From the IMG/VR virus record IMGVR_UViG_3300042401_000753, positions 1-59,381 of that record: 59,381 bases of DNA; one strand, written 5' to 3'. Below, one piece after another: positions 47,901 to 56,730 of the stretch (its first letter is position 1; every line of letters begins with the position of its first letter). Position numbers and translations under genes: made by a program. The notes below the pieces were generated by a model, which saw nothing but the letters and a program-made list of their open reading frames with translations, did no database searches and was not told where the DNA came from. Source of the stretch: a virus (Duplodnaviria; Caudoviricetes).

Positions 47901-50900
47901 CCAGCGACCGGAGTAATAATTAATGGAGTCAGGTATACTAACGCAAGAGAGTTAATTGAATCTCTTGATGCTGAATATGGCGGCGCTCTTGCTAAGATAC
48001 TTGATGCAAATCCAGCTATTAGGAAAGCTCTTGAGAACATTCCTGTAGAGCCTGGTAACTCTCCTTACTTTGATGGTAAGAAAATTGTTCTTTCTTCTAC
48101 TGCAAATCTTGAAATAACAAAAGCGCATGAGCTTACCCATGCAATTCTTGATGTTGCTTTAGATACAGTAGGCTCATTTAATCAGGATATTAATAGTTTG
48201 ATGACAGATTTGATTAATGACGAATCTGTAGTATCTAAGAGGGTTGCTGATATTATCAAGAAAGTTAGAGAGCTTCACTCTAAGGATGTTAATGAAAAGC
48301 TTAGTGTGGCGCAATACATGGCTACATACATTAATTATATATTTGATCAATTAAAAAAGAGTCAAGAGTTTAAAGATAATCCTTTAACCGATCCAGAATT
48401 GGAAAGGGCTTATGCATTCCTTAGCCCTCATGAGTTCTTAGCCGCAATAATGTCTGACCCTAAATTCAGGGATACATTAATTGGTAAAAAAATTACTCCT
48501 GAAAAAAAGTCAGTCATAGCAAGAATTATTGATGCTATCAAAAAACTCTTTGGTAAAATTGGACCTTCTTTGCCAAAAAATGAATTTGAGAAATTAATTT
48601 CTATTATTGAGAACGCAGTTAGAAATCCAGTCTATACTCCCGGACAATATAAAAGAAGTTACAATAGGGACGGCTCAGTAAATCTAGGCAATGCCAATAA
48701 AGAAGGCGGTGTAACTAATTCTTTAGATGAAGTTAATCAGAATACTCAGTTAACTGAACAATCTCAAACTGAAGAAGTTAAATTAAATCAGCCAGTTATT
48801 ACAAGAGCTGTATTTGGTGATTCTCAAATTTATCTTTCGTTTGATGCATCAGGCCCAAAGACTAATATTGATGATATTAAAAAAGCATTTAGTGGAGAAG
48901 ATTACTCTGCTGAAGTAACGGAGTTTCAATCTGATTTTGTTTCTGCAACTTCAGGCATTGCCAAGTATCGTATTGATATATTTAATAAAGGCAATGGAGC
49001 AATGTCTTCTGCTGAGACAACAAAGAAGGCATATCAGAATGCGTTTGGAACAACTGAAAGAATTGCTAATAAAAGCGTTACTGAATTACAAGGTTCACTT
49101 ACTGATCGCTTTGCTCAAGTTTATGAATCTAATGTATTCAATCCAGCAGGACAGTCTAAGAATACTTTAAATCCTCAGTCAACTGAGAATAGGTCTGACA
49201 ATGCATTTTCTGAAAAAGCATATCAAGATGTTGAAGAAGGATTCAAGAGCAGGAAGAAGATTGTCTCAATGCCAATCAAAGACTTCCTTAAGCTTGCAAA
49301 ACCAATTGAAACTGACTACCGTCGTCCAGAAGCTCAAGACTCTTTTGATAAAGGAATTAAATGGGATAGCATTCCAGAACTGAGAACAGAAAAAGGCGGC
49401 AAGGTAAGAACTCATGAAGGAAGGCATCGTGCAGAAGTCTTACTTAATGCTGGCTATACTCATATGCCAGTTGCAATTAATGACGCAATGATTCGTTGGG
49501 ATGAAGCTAATCCTGCGAGCATTCCAACTGAGTTAACTTCTGAAGTTGGGAATGATAAAGTTCCTATGCCTCAATTGATTAAAGGTAGATACTCCCCTCA
49601 ATCAAATGGCATTGAAACAACTGCTGGAATAAATCATGCTTTGGGAGAAGTTAACCAAGATACCAAAGACCTTGCAGCCGTTGCTGTTACAGCAGAAGAG
49701 AAAGAGACTGTAGCAAAGCAAGTAGAGAAAGACATTGCACAAAATCGCTTTAATGACCTTAAAAAAGAATACCCAGAAATCCTAAAGGACGTTGAGTTTG
49801 ATGGCACTAACTTACAGCAAGCCCGTGAGAAAGTAACCGACTTCCTTGAAAAGAGCTTTGATGAAGTTGATGGTGAAGGGAAAGAAGTAAGTGAAGCAAA
49901 GAAAGTTCAAGGAGCAAAGCTTCAGGTTAATCTACGTCTTGCTCTTGGTATTCTTCCTGAGAAGATCAAGGAAACAAACATGACCGACTCACAAATAGGT
50001 TATGTCTTGGATGCAATGGATTATATTGTAGAAGCCACTAAGGACATGGCAAATATGACAGCAAACAAAATGCGTTATTTTAATAACACTCTTGCTTCTT
50101 TTGCTGACGGTGGAGCTTTGGTTGGAATGAAGGGAGTAATTACTAAAACCTTTATCAGTAAATGGAAAAGAATCCTTGATGAAGTAATGGGCCAAGGGGC
50201 AATCTTTGATAAACCAATCTCTCCAGTTCGTAGCGGTCCTTTTGGTAACTTGTTTTCTGGAACACTTGGAACAATGGCATCCCTTGCTCATGAGGTTGCA
50301 TACATTGGTCGTAACGAGGTTGCTCATCGCTTTATTCGTGACTTAATGGGAGTGTTTAAGGATAACATTGACTTTAAACAATTAGAAGAAACTGCCGCAA
50401 TTGAAAGTTGGTATGAGAATTTAAATAAAGTTCTTCCTAAGATTAGCAATCAAAACGACCACATGATTGGTATTGCTGCACGCCTTACTCAATGGGATAA
50501 AGCAGCGACAGCCTCTCCTCTTGAGCAAATGGTTAAAAGAAATACTCAGTTAACTGATTCTTTTGCAGATGCTGATCCTGCTGCTGGTAAAGCAATGGGA
50601 GCAATGCTCGCTTTTGATAAGGAGCAAGCATCAATTGTTAAGCAAGCTTATGATGCTCTTATGTCTGGAATTGATCTTGCATCATTCCCTGACGAAGCGG
50701 CAGCAGTAGCAGCAATCGAAGCCAAGCTTTCTCCAGAGCAACTCTCTGTTCTTAATAAGACAAGAGATATGGGTAAAGCTTTTCTTCCCTTCCTGAAGAA
50801 TGTTAAAGCAGTAACAAAGAATGTAAACCTTCAGGACTATCAGAACTATGTTCATGACTCTACTATTAGTCCTCAAGAAGGAGGCGAGAGCAGAACGGTA

Positions 50901-52883
50901 AAAGAAGCAGACTCTATGTCTGATGTTCTTCATGATCGTAAAGGATTTGATCCTACCAAATCATATCCAGAAACAAGCATTCGTGCTATTGCTGAAAAAC
51001 AAGCAAAGTCATCAGCTTACGAAAAACATACCGGAGTTGAAAGGTATCTTTTCCGTCAGTTAATGAGCGACCCTAGCTTTACAAACATTCTTGATGAGTT
51101 TGATAATAGTCGCGGGATTTCTGATCGTTTAATTAAGCTTGCGGAAGTTTACAATGAATCAATGACAAAGAACCAGCCAAGAGCAGGTCCAATCTGGTCT
51201 TTGATTGAATCAAGTGCAGCATTAGTAATGGCTGCAAAGATTCTTGGAATTGATCCACTTATTAAAAACGCAACAGGCGGACTTGTTGCTAGATTAACAT
51301 TGGCCGGTCTTGATTCTGAGGCATTCTTTAATGGAGTTCTTTATGAACAAAACATGGGCAAGATTAATGGATTTCTTAAGAAATACGTTCCAACTCAATA
51401 CAATAGAACAAGCCAATACGATGCTATTACAGGAAGCGAGGATCGTTATAGTCTTCTAAATGACTATCGCTTAAAAAGAGAAATTGGAAAAAGCTGGGCT
51501 AACGCAACTTTCTTTTCCGGACTTCGCTCTCCTCAAGCTTTTTTAAACATGGTTCAAAAGGAGATTGTATCTCGCGCATCTAATTACTCTAACGCATTGC
51601 CTGAACGTCAAAGCGCTTTTGCTATTTGGACTGCTGCTTACATTCATTACGCTAAAAAGAACGGGACCGTAATTGACGCCAAAGACTTTCTTGCTAGAAT
51701 GCCTCATGACAAGCGTGCGGCTAATGATGCAAACGACTTTGTTACAATGGCAATGGGTTATGCTCCTGACAAAGCAAGCAAGGGATCGTTCTGGAATGGT
51801 AGCACAAGAACAAAACAAGTTATATCTAAAACTCTGTTTGGTTTTATGCAGCAGTCAACTGGTCTTGCTGTAACTGCCCAGAATCAATTAATGAAATCAC
51901 AAAGACTGCTTAGGTCTGGAGATTTGATGGAAGCAAACAAAGCAGCATTAGTAGCTTCTGTTGCAATGGGTAACGTATTAGTATTCCGCGCAATGACATT
52001 AGCTTTGCAAGGAATTGTATTGTATCCTGTTCTTACCCAATACTTTAACGGAGCAGACGAAGAAGAAAAGAAAAGAGTTATTCTTAAGGTCAGGAAAGAG
52101 TATAAAGATACTTCAGACAGAAGTAACCTTGGAGCGCTTTATAAAGATGCCGCTTCTATGGTATTTCCGTTGTTTGGTTCTGCGCCATTAATAACAGGAG
52201 CATTTAACTTTGGCGCTGATATGGCTGGCGTTGTTGCAAGCACTAAGCCAGACGGAAGTTTGCTTGAGTTTGAGTTTAAGAAAGCTTTAAAAGTTCAGTC
52301 AACTGAGATTAAAGATCAACTTGAAGTTCTTAATAAAAAGATTAAGTTTGCAGAGAAGATGGATTTGCAAGACCGTCCTGAGTTTGAGTTAATGCTGAAA
52401 GAGGAAGAAAAGTTAATGGCAATCAAAGATGAGATTGCAGCAAAGCTTAAGTTTTCTTATGTGACAGCAGATAAAAATAAGGCCGCTCTTAGCCCATACG
52501 GAATGTATGGTATGCTTGGGGAGTTTATATTAAAACAAACAAAGAGCTTTACTGAAAACGATCTTACTACTGAGGAACAAATTGAAATGGATCGTTTGCT
52601 TAAGAATCAAATTACCTATAAAGATAATCTTGCCGGTGAAGGATTTTTAAGCGGTATGATTGAAAAACCATATAGCGTTATTAGAAAAGGCTTTATGGGA
52701 GAGATGGGTAAATCCAGAGAAGATCGAGTTCCTACTGTTATTAGTATATTAGAACAACTTAACGGAGGAGTAAACCCAAGAGTTATTCTTGAGAGATCAA
52801 GAGAAATGCTTGCCGAGCTTTATGCTAAAGAAAATGTTGAGCATAATCGCAAGGTCCGTGAACTTCAAGAGAAACTAAAGTAA
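44916..52883 (+). CDS. giant internal virion / polyvalent protein (2655 aa) with a zincin-like HExxH domain and a ParB-like domain
   Basis: AHELTHA and SPHEFLAAIMSDPKFR; IVSMPIKDFLKLA...HEGRHRAEVL...HMPV; Pro/Ala/Thr linker; position after the ejection genes. Confidence 0.75.
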   Translation: MSENTLPPLPQLSELEQYPEFIAYSPEDKAKFYDNYFNRRKEEAVNEDDYNLLLKEQADRNRNSVKIQAQVNHPFVTDPKYLPKELQDQAAKVYEMDQEYKFNQQEAQVEKFKAPDMEDPNRSLQIKPYKYNGQRGYSIKYPNGDIESVSGMDTKAQLTEYLKTKNDKFDGKREGVFDKLNPLAESELEGVIDAINQVSSGLEGSLNQGRKTFKSIAQGFDLGTVDEINQQVSDYFRTGDIEGAQKQKLAEAQKNLQEANASGDTKRAEDTSDYIKTLQRNLAKIDRFKTSTGLETEFVDPRLDGTEQVTFDSPGFLPSFNYTKPGEVLKKGMTPEEAAPLLKEKYIEIFNSIEESNKIGGSRVLNDYNKYLQSLPEAKRGEASALTNYFKNNLSELIPYIATTAVAAFPDIAMVVGSSVAAGAIGGPGAATATGLKVGYEREYTATLMSEMQLRAAKENVKFNADVMSAYMNDSAFMEKTREIARTRGAVIGASGAILGGATSKIVESAIEGAVKKAFIAGGIGSVTEGVGEFAARGAAGQKRDFTEVFNEAIGGLGATAVAIPAAMIDNSIKARKAAKTKEIIDEVNQRVEAAQGDGTLKSTKTPEQRIQEMKDKLAPVPRVPDPTAFEGEVEAPFVGETATGLDGKQGFPKAAQKPFAAQEQKPLGGQVQRPFVGETEQAFGEEAPSVVTPSVPVAAPVTPTAPTAPVTPTVTPTAPVTPAAAPEQTAPMEAPSVGPAPEQTAPAAPMVETASEQAAPVQETQSTENTPKQPDTIEDLKELTYLVLGEVYKPGSEMTEDQMIARFGSKNLLTTSKEIGILSLIEKMFNAGWVWDFNEKKMVNPENQNETPAEFAIKENQKNNPQSTENAPVAETPVAPVVEPAATTPSTETAPAPQVESTDPNAGRPTLMYFGKKVPYSVSIKQEGGGFKVKSVKIYLENGMYDTVRIPQELQEGGFATIEEAEAAGPKLLAEAQKKMDAEIQADKTKPATKPATGVIINGVRYTNARELIESLDAEYGGALAKILDANPAIRKALENIPVEPGNSPYFDGKKIVLSSTANLEITKAHELTHAILDVALDTVGSFNQDINSLMTDLINDESVVSKRVADIIKKVRELHSKDVNEKLSVAQYMATYINYIFDQLKKSQEFKDNPLTDPELERAYAFLSPHEFLAAIMSDPKFRDTLIGKKITPEKKSVIARIIDAIKKLFGKIGPSLPKNEFEKLISIIENAVRNPVYTPGQYKRSYNRDGSVNLGNANKEGGVTNSLDEVNQNTQLTEQSQTEEVKLNQPVITRAVFGDSQIYLSFDASGPKTNIDDIKKAFSGEDYSAEVTEFQSDFVSATSGIAKYRIDIFNKGNGAMSSAETTKKAYQNAFGTTERIANKSVTELQGSLTDRFAQVYESNVFNPAGQSKNTLNPQSTENRSDNAFSEKAYQDVEEGFKSRKKIVSMPIKDFLKLAKPIETDYRRPEAQDSFDKGIKWDSIPELRTEKGGKVRTHEGRHRAEVLLNAGYTHMPVAINDAMIRWDEANPASIPTELTSEVGNDKVPMPQLIKGRYSPQSNGIETTAGINHALGEVNQDTKDLAAVAVTAEEKETVAKQVEKDIAQNRFNDLKKEYPEILKDVEFDGTNLQQAREKVTDFLEKSFDEVDGEGKEVSEAKKVQGAKLQVNLRLALGILPEKIKETNMTDSQIGYVLDAMDYIVEATKDMANMTANKMRYFNNTLASFADGGALVGMKGVITKTFISKWKRILDEVMGQGAIFDKPISPVRSGPFGNLFSGTLGTMASLAHEVAYIGRNEVAHRFIRDLMGVFKDNIDFKQLEETAAIESWYENLNKVLPKISNQNDHMIGIAARLTQWDKAATASPLEQMVKRNTQLTDSFADADPAAGKAMGAMLAFDKEQASIVKQAYDALMSGIDLASFPDEAAAVAAIEAKLSPEQLSVLNKTRDMGKAFLPFLKNVKAVTKNVNLQDYQNYVHDSTISPQEGGESRTVKEADSMSDVLHDRKGFDPTKSYPETSIRAIAEKQAKSSAYEKHTGVERYLFRQLMSDPSFTNILDEFDNSRGISDRLIKLAEVYNESMTKNQPRAGPIWSLIESSAALVMAAKILGIDPLIKNATGGLVARLTLAGLDSEAFFNGVLYEQNMGKINGFLKKYVPTQYNRTSQYDAITGSEDRYSLLNDYRLKREIGKSWANATFFSGLRSPQAFLNMVQKEIVSRASNYSNALPERQSAFAIWTAAYIHYAKKNGTVIDAKDFLARMPHDKRAANDANDFVTMAMGYAPDKASKGSFWNGSTRTKQVISKTLFGFMQQSTGLAVTAQNQLMKSQRLLRSGDLMEANKAALVASVAMGNVLVFRAMTLALQGIVLYPVLTQYFNGADEEEKKRVILKVRKEYKDTSDRSNLGALYKDAASMVFPLFGSAPLITGAFNFGADMAGVVASTKPDGSLLEFEFKKALKVQSTEIKDQLEVLNKKIKFAEKMDLQDRPEFELMLKEEEKLMAIKDEIAAKLKFSYVTADKNKAALSPYGMYGMLGEFILKQTKSFTENDLTTEEQIEMDRLLKNQITYKDNLAGEGFLSGMIEKPYSVIRKGFMGEMGKSREDRVPTVISILEQLNGGVNPRVILERSREMLAELYAKENVEHNRKVRELQEKLK

Positions 52884-54808
52884 TGTATTCAAAATGGGAT
52901 AACTTCCAGCTTCCTCAGTTAACTGAAAACAACTACGGAATCAATTGGCCAAAAGGAACGGTTCAGATTACCAAGGAGTTGATGTGCTTTAAGCAATGCC
53001 GAATGGGGAAGCGCGGCCCCGGCATGATGACAGCACTCACTCACTTCCTGAACATCCAACGTATGCTCTTTCCTACAAAGATTGAGCTATACGTTGATGT
53101 TGCCAAGGGAAGGATTTGGAATAACTATTACTTGGATGTTGCAAGTAAGCTATGTGACTTTGAGCATACCTTACTTACTGGACCGGCTTCAGCCAACAAA
53201 ACATACGGAGTTGCATCCTTTGACTTTACATCATGGATTTCTGCTCCGCATGAAACATTAGTAATGGTAAGCACTACATCCGGCTCTGCTTCTGAACGTC
53301 GTATCTGGGCAGACATTAAAGACTTCCATAGGGAAGCTAAGTATGAGGAATGCGGCATTGAACCTATTGGTGAAGTTGTTGAATACCTTAAAGCAATTGT
53401 ATATGATCCCGGTAAACAATTAGGAGGCAGTGACAAGAATAGCCGTGACTTCCGTAATTGTATTCAGGTTATTCCTATTGCTACAGACTCCAGTGGTGAG
53501 TCAGCACTAGCAACCATCCAGGGTTCTAAGAACAAGTTTGTTAACTGGACTCTTGATGAGATGGCTCAGATGCAGGAAGGAGTAACAAGACCAAACGGAA
53601 ACCTATCTCAGAATCCTCACTACCAATTTATTGGTATTGGTAACGCTAATGATATTACTGATCCTCATGGAAGGGATTGTATGCCATACGGAGGGCTAGA
53701 GTCTCTTAACATTGACGCAGATAGAGAATGGACTTCCGCTACAGGTAAAAGTGTTCTATTCCTTCATGGTGATGAGTCTCCTAATAACCATCCTTACATA
53801 GATCAGTCTACAGTTACTAAGGTTACTGACTATCCATTTCCTTACGCATCTAATAAGCTGTCAGCAGATAGAACAGCTATTGAATACGGATATGGAAACA
53901 AGGAAGAGGGTGAAGCAACTTCTGACTACTGGAAGTTCTGTAAAGGCTTTTGGCCACCTGCTACAGCAACAAGTGCTCTATACACAAAAAACCTCTTTCA
54001 AGAACATGATGCCTTGAAAGAGGGTGATGTATTAGTTTCTGGAGTTAGAACATTTGCAGCAGGAGACTTTGCATTTAGTTGCGGTGGAGATAGCAACTCT
54101 TTTTATACTATTAAGTTTGGATTTACTGCTCAGGGAAAGAAGCAGCTTATCTTTGCTAAAGAAGGCATCTCAGTAAGGTCTAAAGCAAAGAGCAACAAAG
54201 AGTTTATTAAACAGACTGCTCATTCATTCATTGATCTTATTGCCGCACATGGAGTAAGGTTTAAAGACTTTGGTGGAGACATTGGTAACGATGCTGCACT
54301 TACGTTTAATGAAATGAGTAAGTCTGGAAAGACTCATGAGCTTGTTGGTATCTCTTCTGTTGGTGCTGCTGGAGAACCTAAGAAGTATAAGAACAAAGTT
54401 ACTGAACTTTGGTTTAAGGCGCGAGATTTAATCAAGACTGGATTGTGTAGAGGTATTAACACACAATCTAAATACTACACTCAGTTATGCCAGAGGAAGT
54501 ATAATTCTTTAGGAAAGAACTTCTACGAGATTGAGAAGAAGAAAGAAATGAAAAAACGCATTGGCAGATCTCCTGATGATGCCGATGCGTTTATTTATTG
54601 CTGCTGGATGGTTATCCAGTCAGGCTTATTTGATGATGAGCTATCTGCTATTAATGAAGTTAAGACAGCGGAAGAAGAGGCAGAGGATGAAGCTCAACTT
54701 AAATATCTGAATGACATGGACCCACGTTTCAGGAATAGAGGAGAGGAAGACTATTCTCAGTTAACTGACTTCTCAGATATGATGGATGACTATGCTGACA
54801 TTTACTGA
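52883..54808 (+). CDS. terL: terminase large subunit
   Basis: GPASANKT Walker A, TLDEMA Walker B, IGN coupling motif, AGDFA nuclease Asp, KKRIGRSPDDADA. Confidence 0.88.
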   Translation: MYSKWDNFQLPQLTENNYGINWPKGTVQITKELMCFKQCRMGKRGPGMMTALTHFLNIQRMLFPTKIELYVDVAKGRIWNNYYLDVASKLCDFEHTLLTGPASANKTYGVASFDFTSWISAPHETLVMVSTTSGSASERRIWADIKDFHREAKYEECGIEPIGEVVEYLKAIVYDPGKQLGGSDKNSRDFRNCIQVIPIATDSSGESALATIQGSKNKFVNWTLDEMAQMQEGVTRPNGNLSQNPHYQFIGIGNANDITDPHGRDCMPYGGLESLNIDADREWTSATGKSVLFLHGDESPNNHPYIDQSTVTKVTDYPFPYASNKLSADRTAIEYGYGNKEEGEATSDYWKFCKGFWPPATATSALYTKNLFQEHDALKEGDVLVSGVRTFAAGDFAFSCGGDSNSFYTIKFGFTAQGKKQLIFAKEGISVRSKAKSNKEFIKQTAHSFIDLIAAHGVRFKDFGGDIGNDAALTFNEMSKSGKTHELVGISSVGAAGEPKKYKNKVTELWFKARDLIKTGLCRGINTQSKYYTQLCQRKYNSLGKNFYEIEKKKEMKKRIGRSPDDADAFIYCCWMVIQSGLFDDELSAINEVKTAEEEAEDEAQLKYLNDMDPRFRNRGEEDYSQLTDFSDMMDDYADIY

Positions 54809-55332
54809 TTCTTGTATCGCTTAATCTCTTCTCTTACATCATCAGTAGTGCATTCAAGTAATTCAGCAATTTCCTTGATTGGAGTATTAAACTTCTCTCT
54901 AAGGATTTCTACTTTACCTTGAATAGAAGGAAGGCTTGAGTCTTTATCTTTTTTTATCATTACTATGCTGCTATAAGCTGAAGGCGCTCGTTTAACTATT
55001 TTTAGTTTCTTTAATTTCATTTGATTAGGTTGTTGGTCCTCATCATCTAGTATTGTTGGATTCAGGATACGTCTTACACTTTCCCTTACCATTGCCCGGT
55101 ATCTGACTTTGGCTTCGTAATAGCAGTCAAAGCATTGCCGGGCATTTCCGTTTCTAAGGTAATCACTCCTTACTGAAGTATGACAACCGCAAGTTGAACA
55201 CAGGCATATCCAATAAGCATTTTGCATATGCTTATTGGTTACTCTTGAAGACTTAATTTCGTCAACCTTTACAACAGTAAGGAATCCGAACTTCATTCCA
55301 TTTAAGTCAATTAATGGTCTGCCTATTTCCAT
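54802..55332 (-). CDS. putative DNA-binding protein: homing-endonuclease-type N-terminal zinc domain plus C-terminal HTH
   Basis: DLNGMKFGFLTVV...WICLCSTCG...LRNG..RQCFDC; TPIKEIAELLECTTDDVR. Confidence 0.6.
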   Translation of the reverse strand: MEIGRPLIDLNGMKFGFLTVVKVDEIKSSRVTNKHMQNAYWICLCSTCGCHTSVRSDYLRNGNARQCFDCYYEAKVRYRAMVRESVRRILNPTILDDEDQQPNQMKLKKLKIVKRAPSAYSSIVMIKKDKDSSLPSIQGKVEILREKFNTPIKEIAELLECTTDDVREEIKRYKNQ

Positions 55333-55712
55333 AAGGTATAAGACGGCCTGCCGCCTGGCTTTTTATTTGCTGTGTCTGTCTTTGGTTTAATTGTTTTAAT
55401 CTTGTCTTCTACGTATGCCAGAAACTTTTGGTATGCCTTGTATGCTTCTTCAAAGGTTTCAAACCTTTCGGATGCTTCTGGCGGAAAGCCCCTTCCACTA
55501 AGACTAGGCCCAACATTAAACTTATCGCCAACCCTGCCGTTTTCAATAATAAATAGAACATAAGGTTTATCAGGTTCGTATTTGTTAAACTCCTTTAGGA
55601 TTACTAGGTGAGTTGTTATGTTCATTTTCTGTTGCAATACTGATTCCTGTTGCTTTAAGAAACTCTTCTTCCAGTTCAGGAAAGAATTTCTTACCGGCAT
55701 CTCCCTTACCAA
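55323..55712 (-). CDS. hypothetical protein (true start probably internal, e.g. 55625)
   Basis: Co-oriented ORF overlapping its neighbours. Confidence 0.6.
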   Translation of the reverse strand: MVREMPVRNSFLNWKKSFLKQQESVLQQKMNITTHLVILKEFNKYEPDKPYVLFIIENGRVGDKFNVGPSLSGRGFPPEASERFETFEEAYKAYQKFLAYVEDKIKTIKPKTDTANKKPGGRPSYTLWK

Positions 55713-56004
55713 TCAAACATTTAGTAAGGTGAAGACAAACTTTGTTGTAATGTTTGTAGACAACAGTAACAGCTTCTTTCTCAGTTAACTGAAGTCTATT
55801 GCTTTCAAATTCAATAAACTTAAAGTATTCATTAAGTGTTGTAATAACGCAATCTTGCAACGTCATCATCATTGTTACTGGAATATACATTTGAGTATAT
55901 GCATCATAGAATCTAAAAAGCGCACGCTCAATAATACTTAGTGGATCATACGAGAGTAAGTTCACTTTTTCCTGAAACGATTCTGTTTTTAGATTTTGGT
56001 TCAT
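55585..56004 (-). CDS. hypothetical protein
   Basis: 139-aa co-oriented ORF. Confidence 0.65.
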   Translation of the reverse strand: MNQNLKTESFQEKVNLLSYDPLSIIERALFRFYDAYTQMYIPVTMMMTLQDCVITTLNEYFKFIEFESNRLQLTEKEAVTVVYKHYNKVCLHLTKCLIGKGDAGKKFFPELEEEFLKATGISIATENEHNNSPSNPKGV

Positions 56005-56503
56005 ATATGTTATTTAGTTCTTGTAGTTTGATTTGTATTTGTGGGGATTGATCTATCCTGCGATACACCTTGTCGATTCTTAGACTAACTAATACAGCGT
56101 CATCATCAATGATGTTAGCTCCGCGTATTCTTTTAATTACTTGTTTATCTTTATTTTTTGTTTGCTCAATGATATGATTACTCATTGAGTCTTGCAATGG
56201 CTTTAAGTAGTTATCAGCATCAGGTCTTGATGACTTGTAGAACTGAAGACTTAAACTTTTCCACAATGCTTTTGGTATTCCTTCAGGGCAAAGAGTTGGT
56301 CGCTCACAAACAAATAGGATAGTAAGGCGGACACACTTAGCGCCAGCAAACCGTCCTTTGAAGTTACGCATTGTAGATGCACACAACTTCATATAGTCTT
56401 TCTTTTCTTTTGGAGTATAAGAAAAACCTTTAGTTGTGTGCATCGTTTCCTTGTTTGCTAAAGGAGCAAAAGGCAATGTGAATTTAAGTTTTCTTAAAGC
56501 CAT
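55946..56503 (-). CDS. rusA: RusA-like Holliday junction resolvase
   Basis: RPDADNYLKPLQDSM ... IIDDDAVLVSLRIDKVY signature. Confidence 0.85.
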   Translation of the reverse strand: MALRKLKFTLPFAPLANKETMHTTKGFSYTPKEKKDYMKLCASTMRNFKGRFAGAKCVRLTILFVCERPTLCPEGIPKALWKSLSLQFYKSSRPDADNYLKPLQDSMSNHIIEQTKNKDKQVIKRIRGANIIDDDAVLVSLRIDKVYRRIDQSPQIQIKLQELNNIYEPKSKNRIVSGKSELTLV

Positions 56504-56723
56504 ACAAGTTATGAAGTTCAGTTAACTGAGATTGATTGAAGAGAATGTGATTCTTATTATAGGCTTTAAGAGCAGTAACGTCAATCATTTGTCCGTCGTT
56601 ATCCTCAATGCTTCTTATAAATCCGTTCTTCTCAATTATAACATTAACTGGAATTAAATCATTACTTATATCTCTTAAAGTAAACTGACTAAGTATGCAT
56701 CCTTCTGGTATGACTATAGTCAT
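56484..56723 (-). CDS. hypothetical protein (start at 56723 or 56795)
   Basis: C-terminal part of ORF 56484..57020 that does not overlap the primase gene. Confidence 0.55.
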   Translation of the reverse strand: MTIVIPEGCILSQFTLRDISNDLIPVNVIIEKNGFIRSIEDNDGQMIDVTALKAYNKNHILFNQSQLTELHNLYGFKKT

Positions 56724-56730
56724 TACCTTT

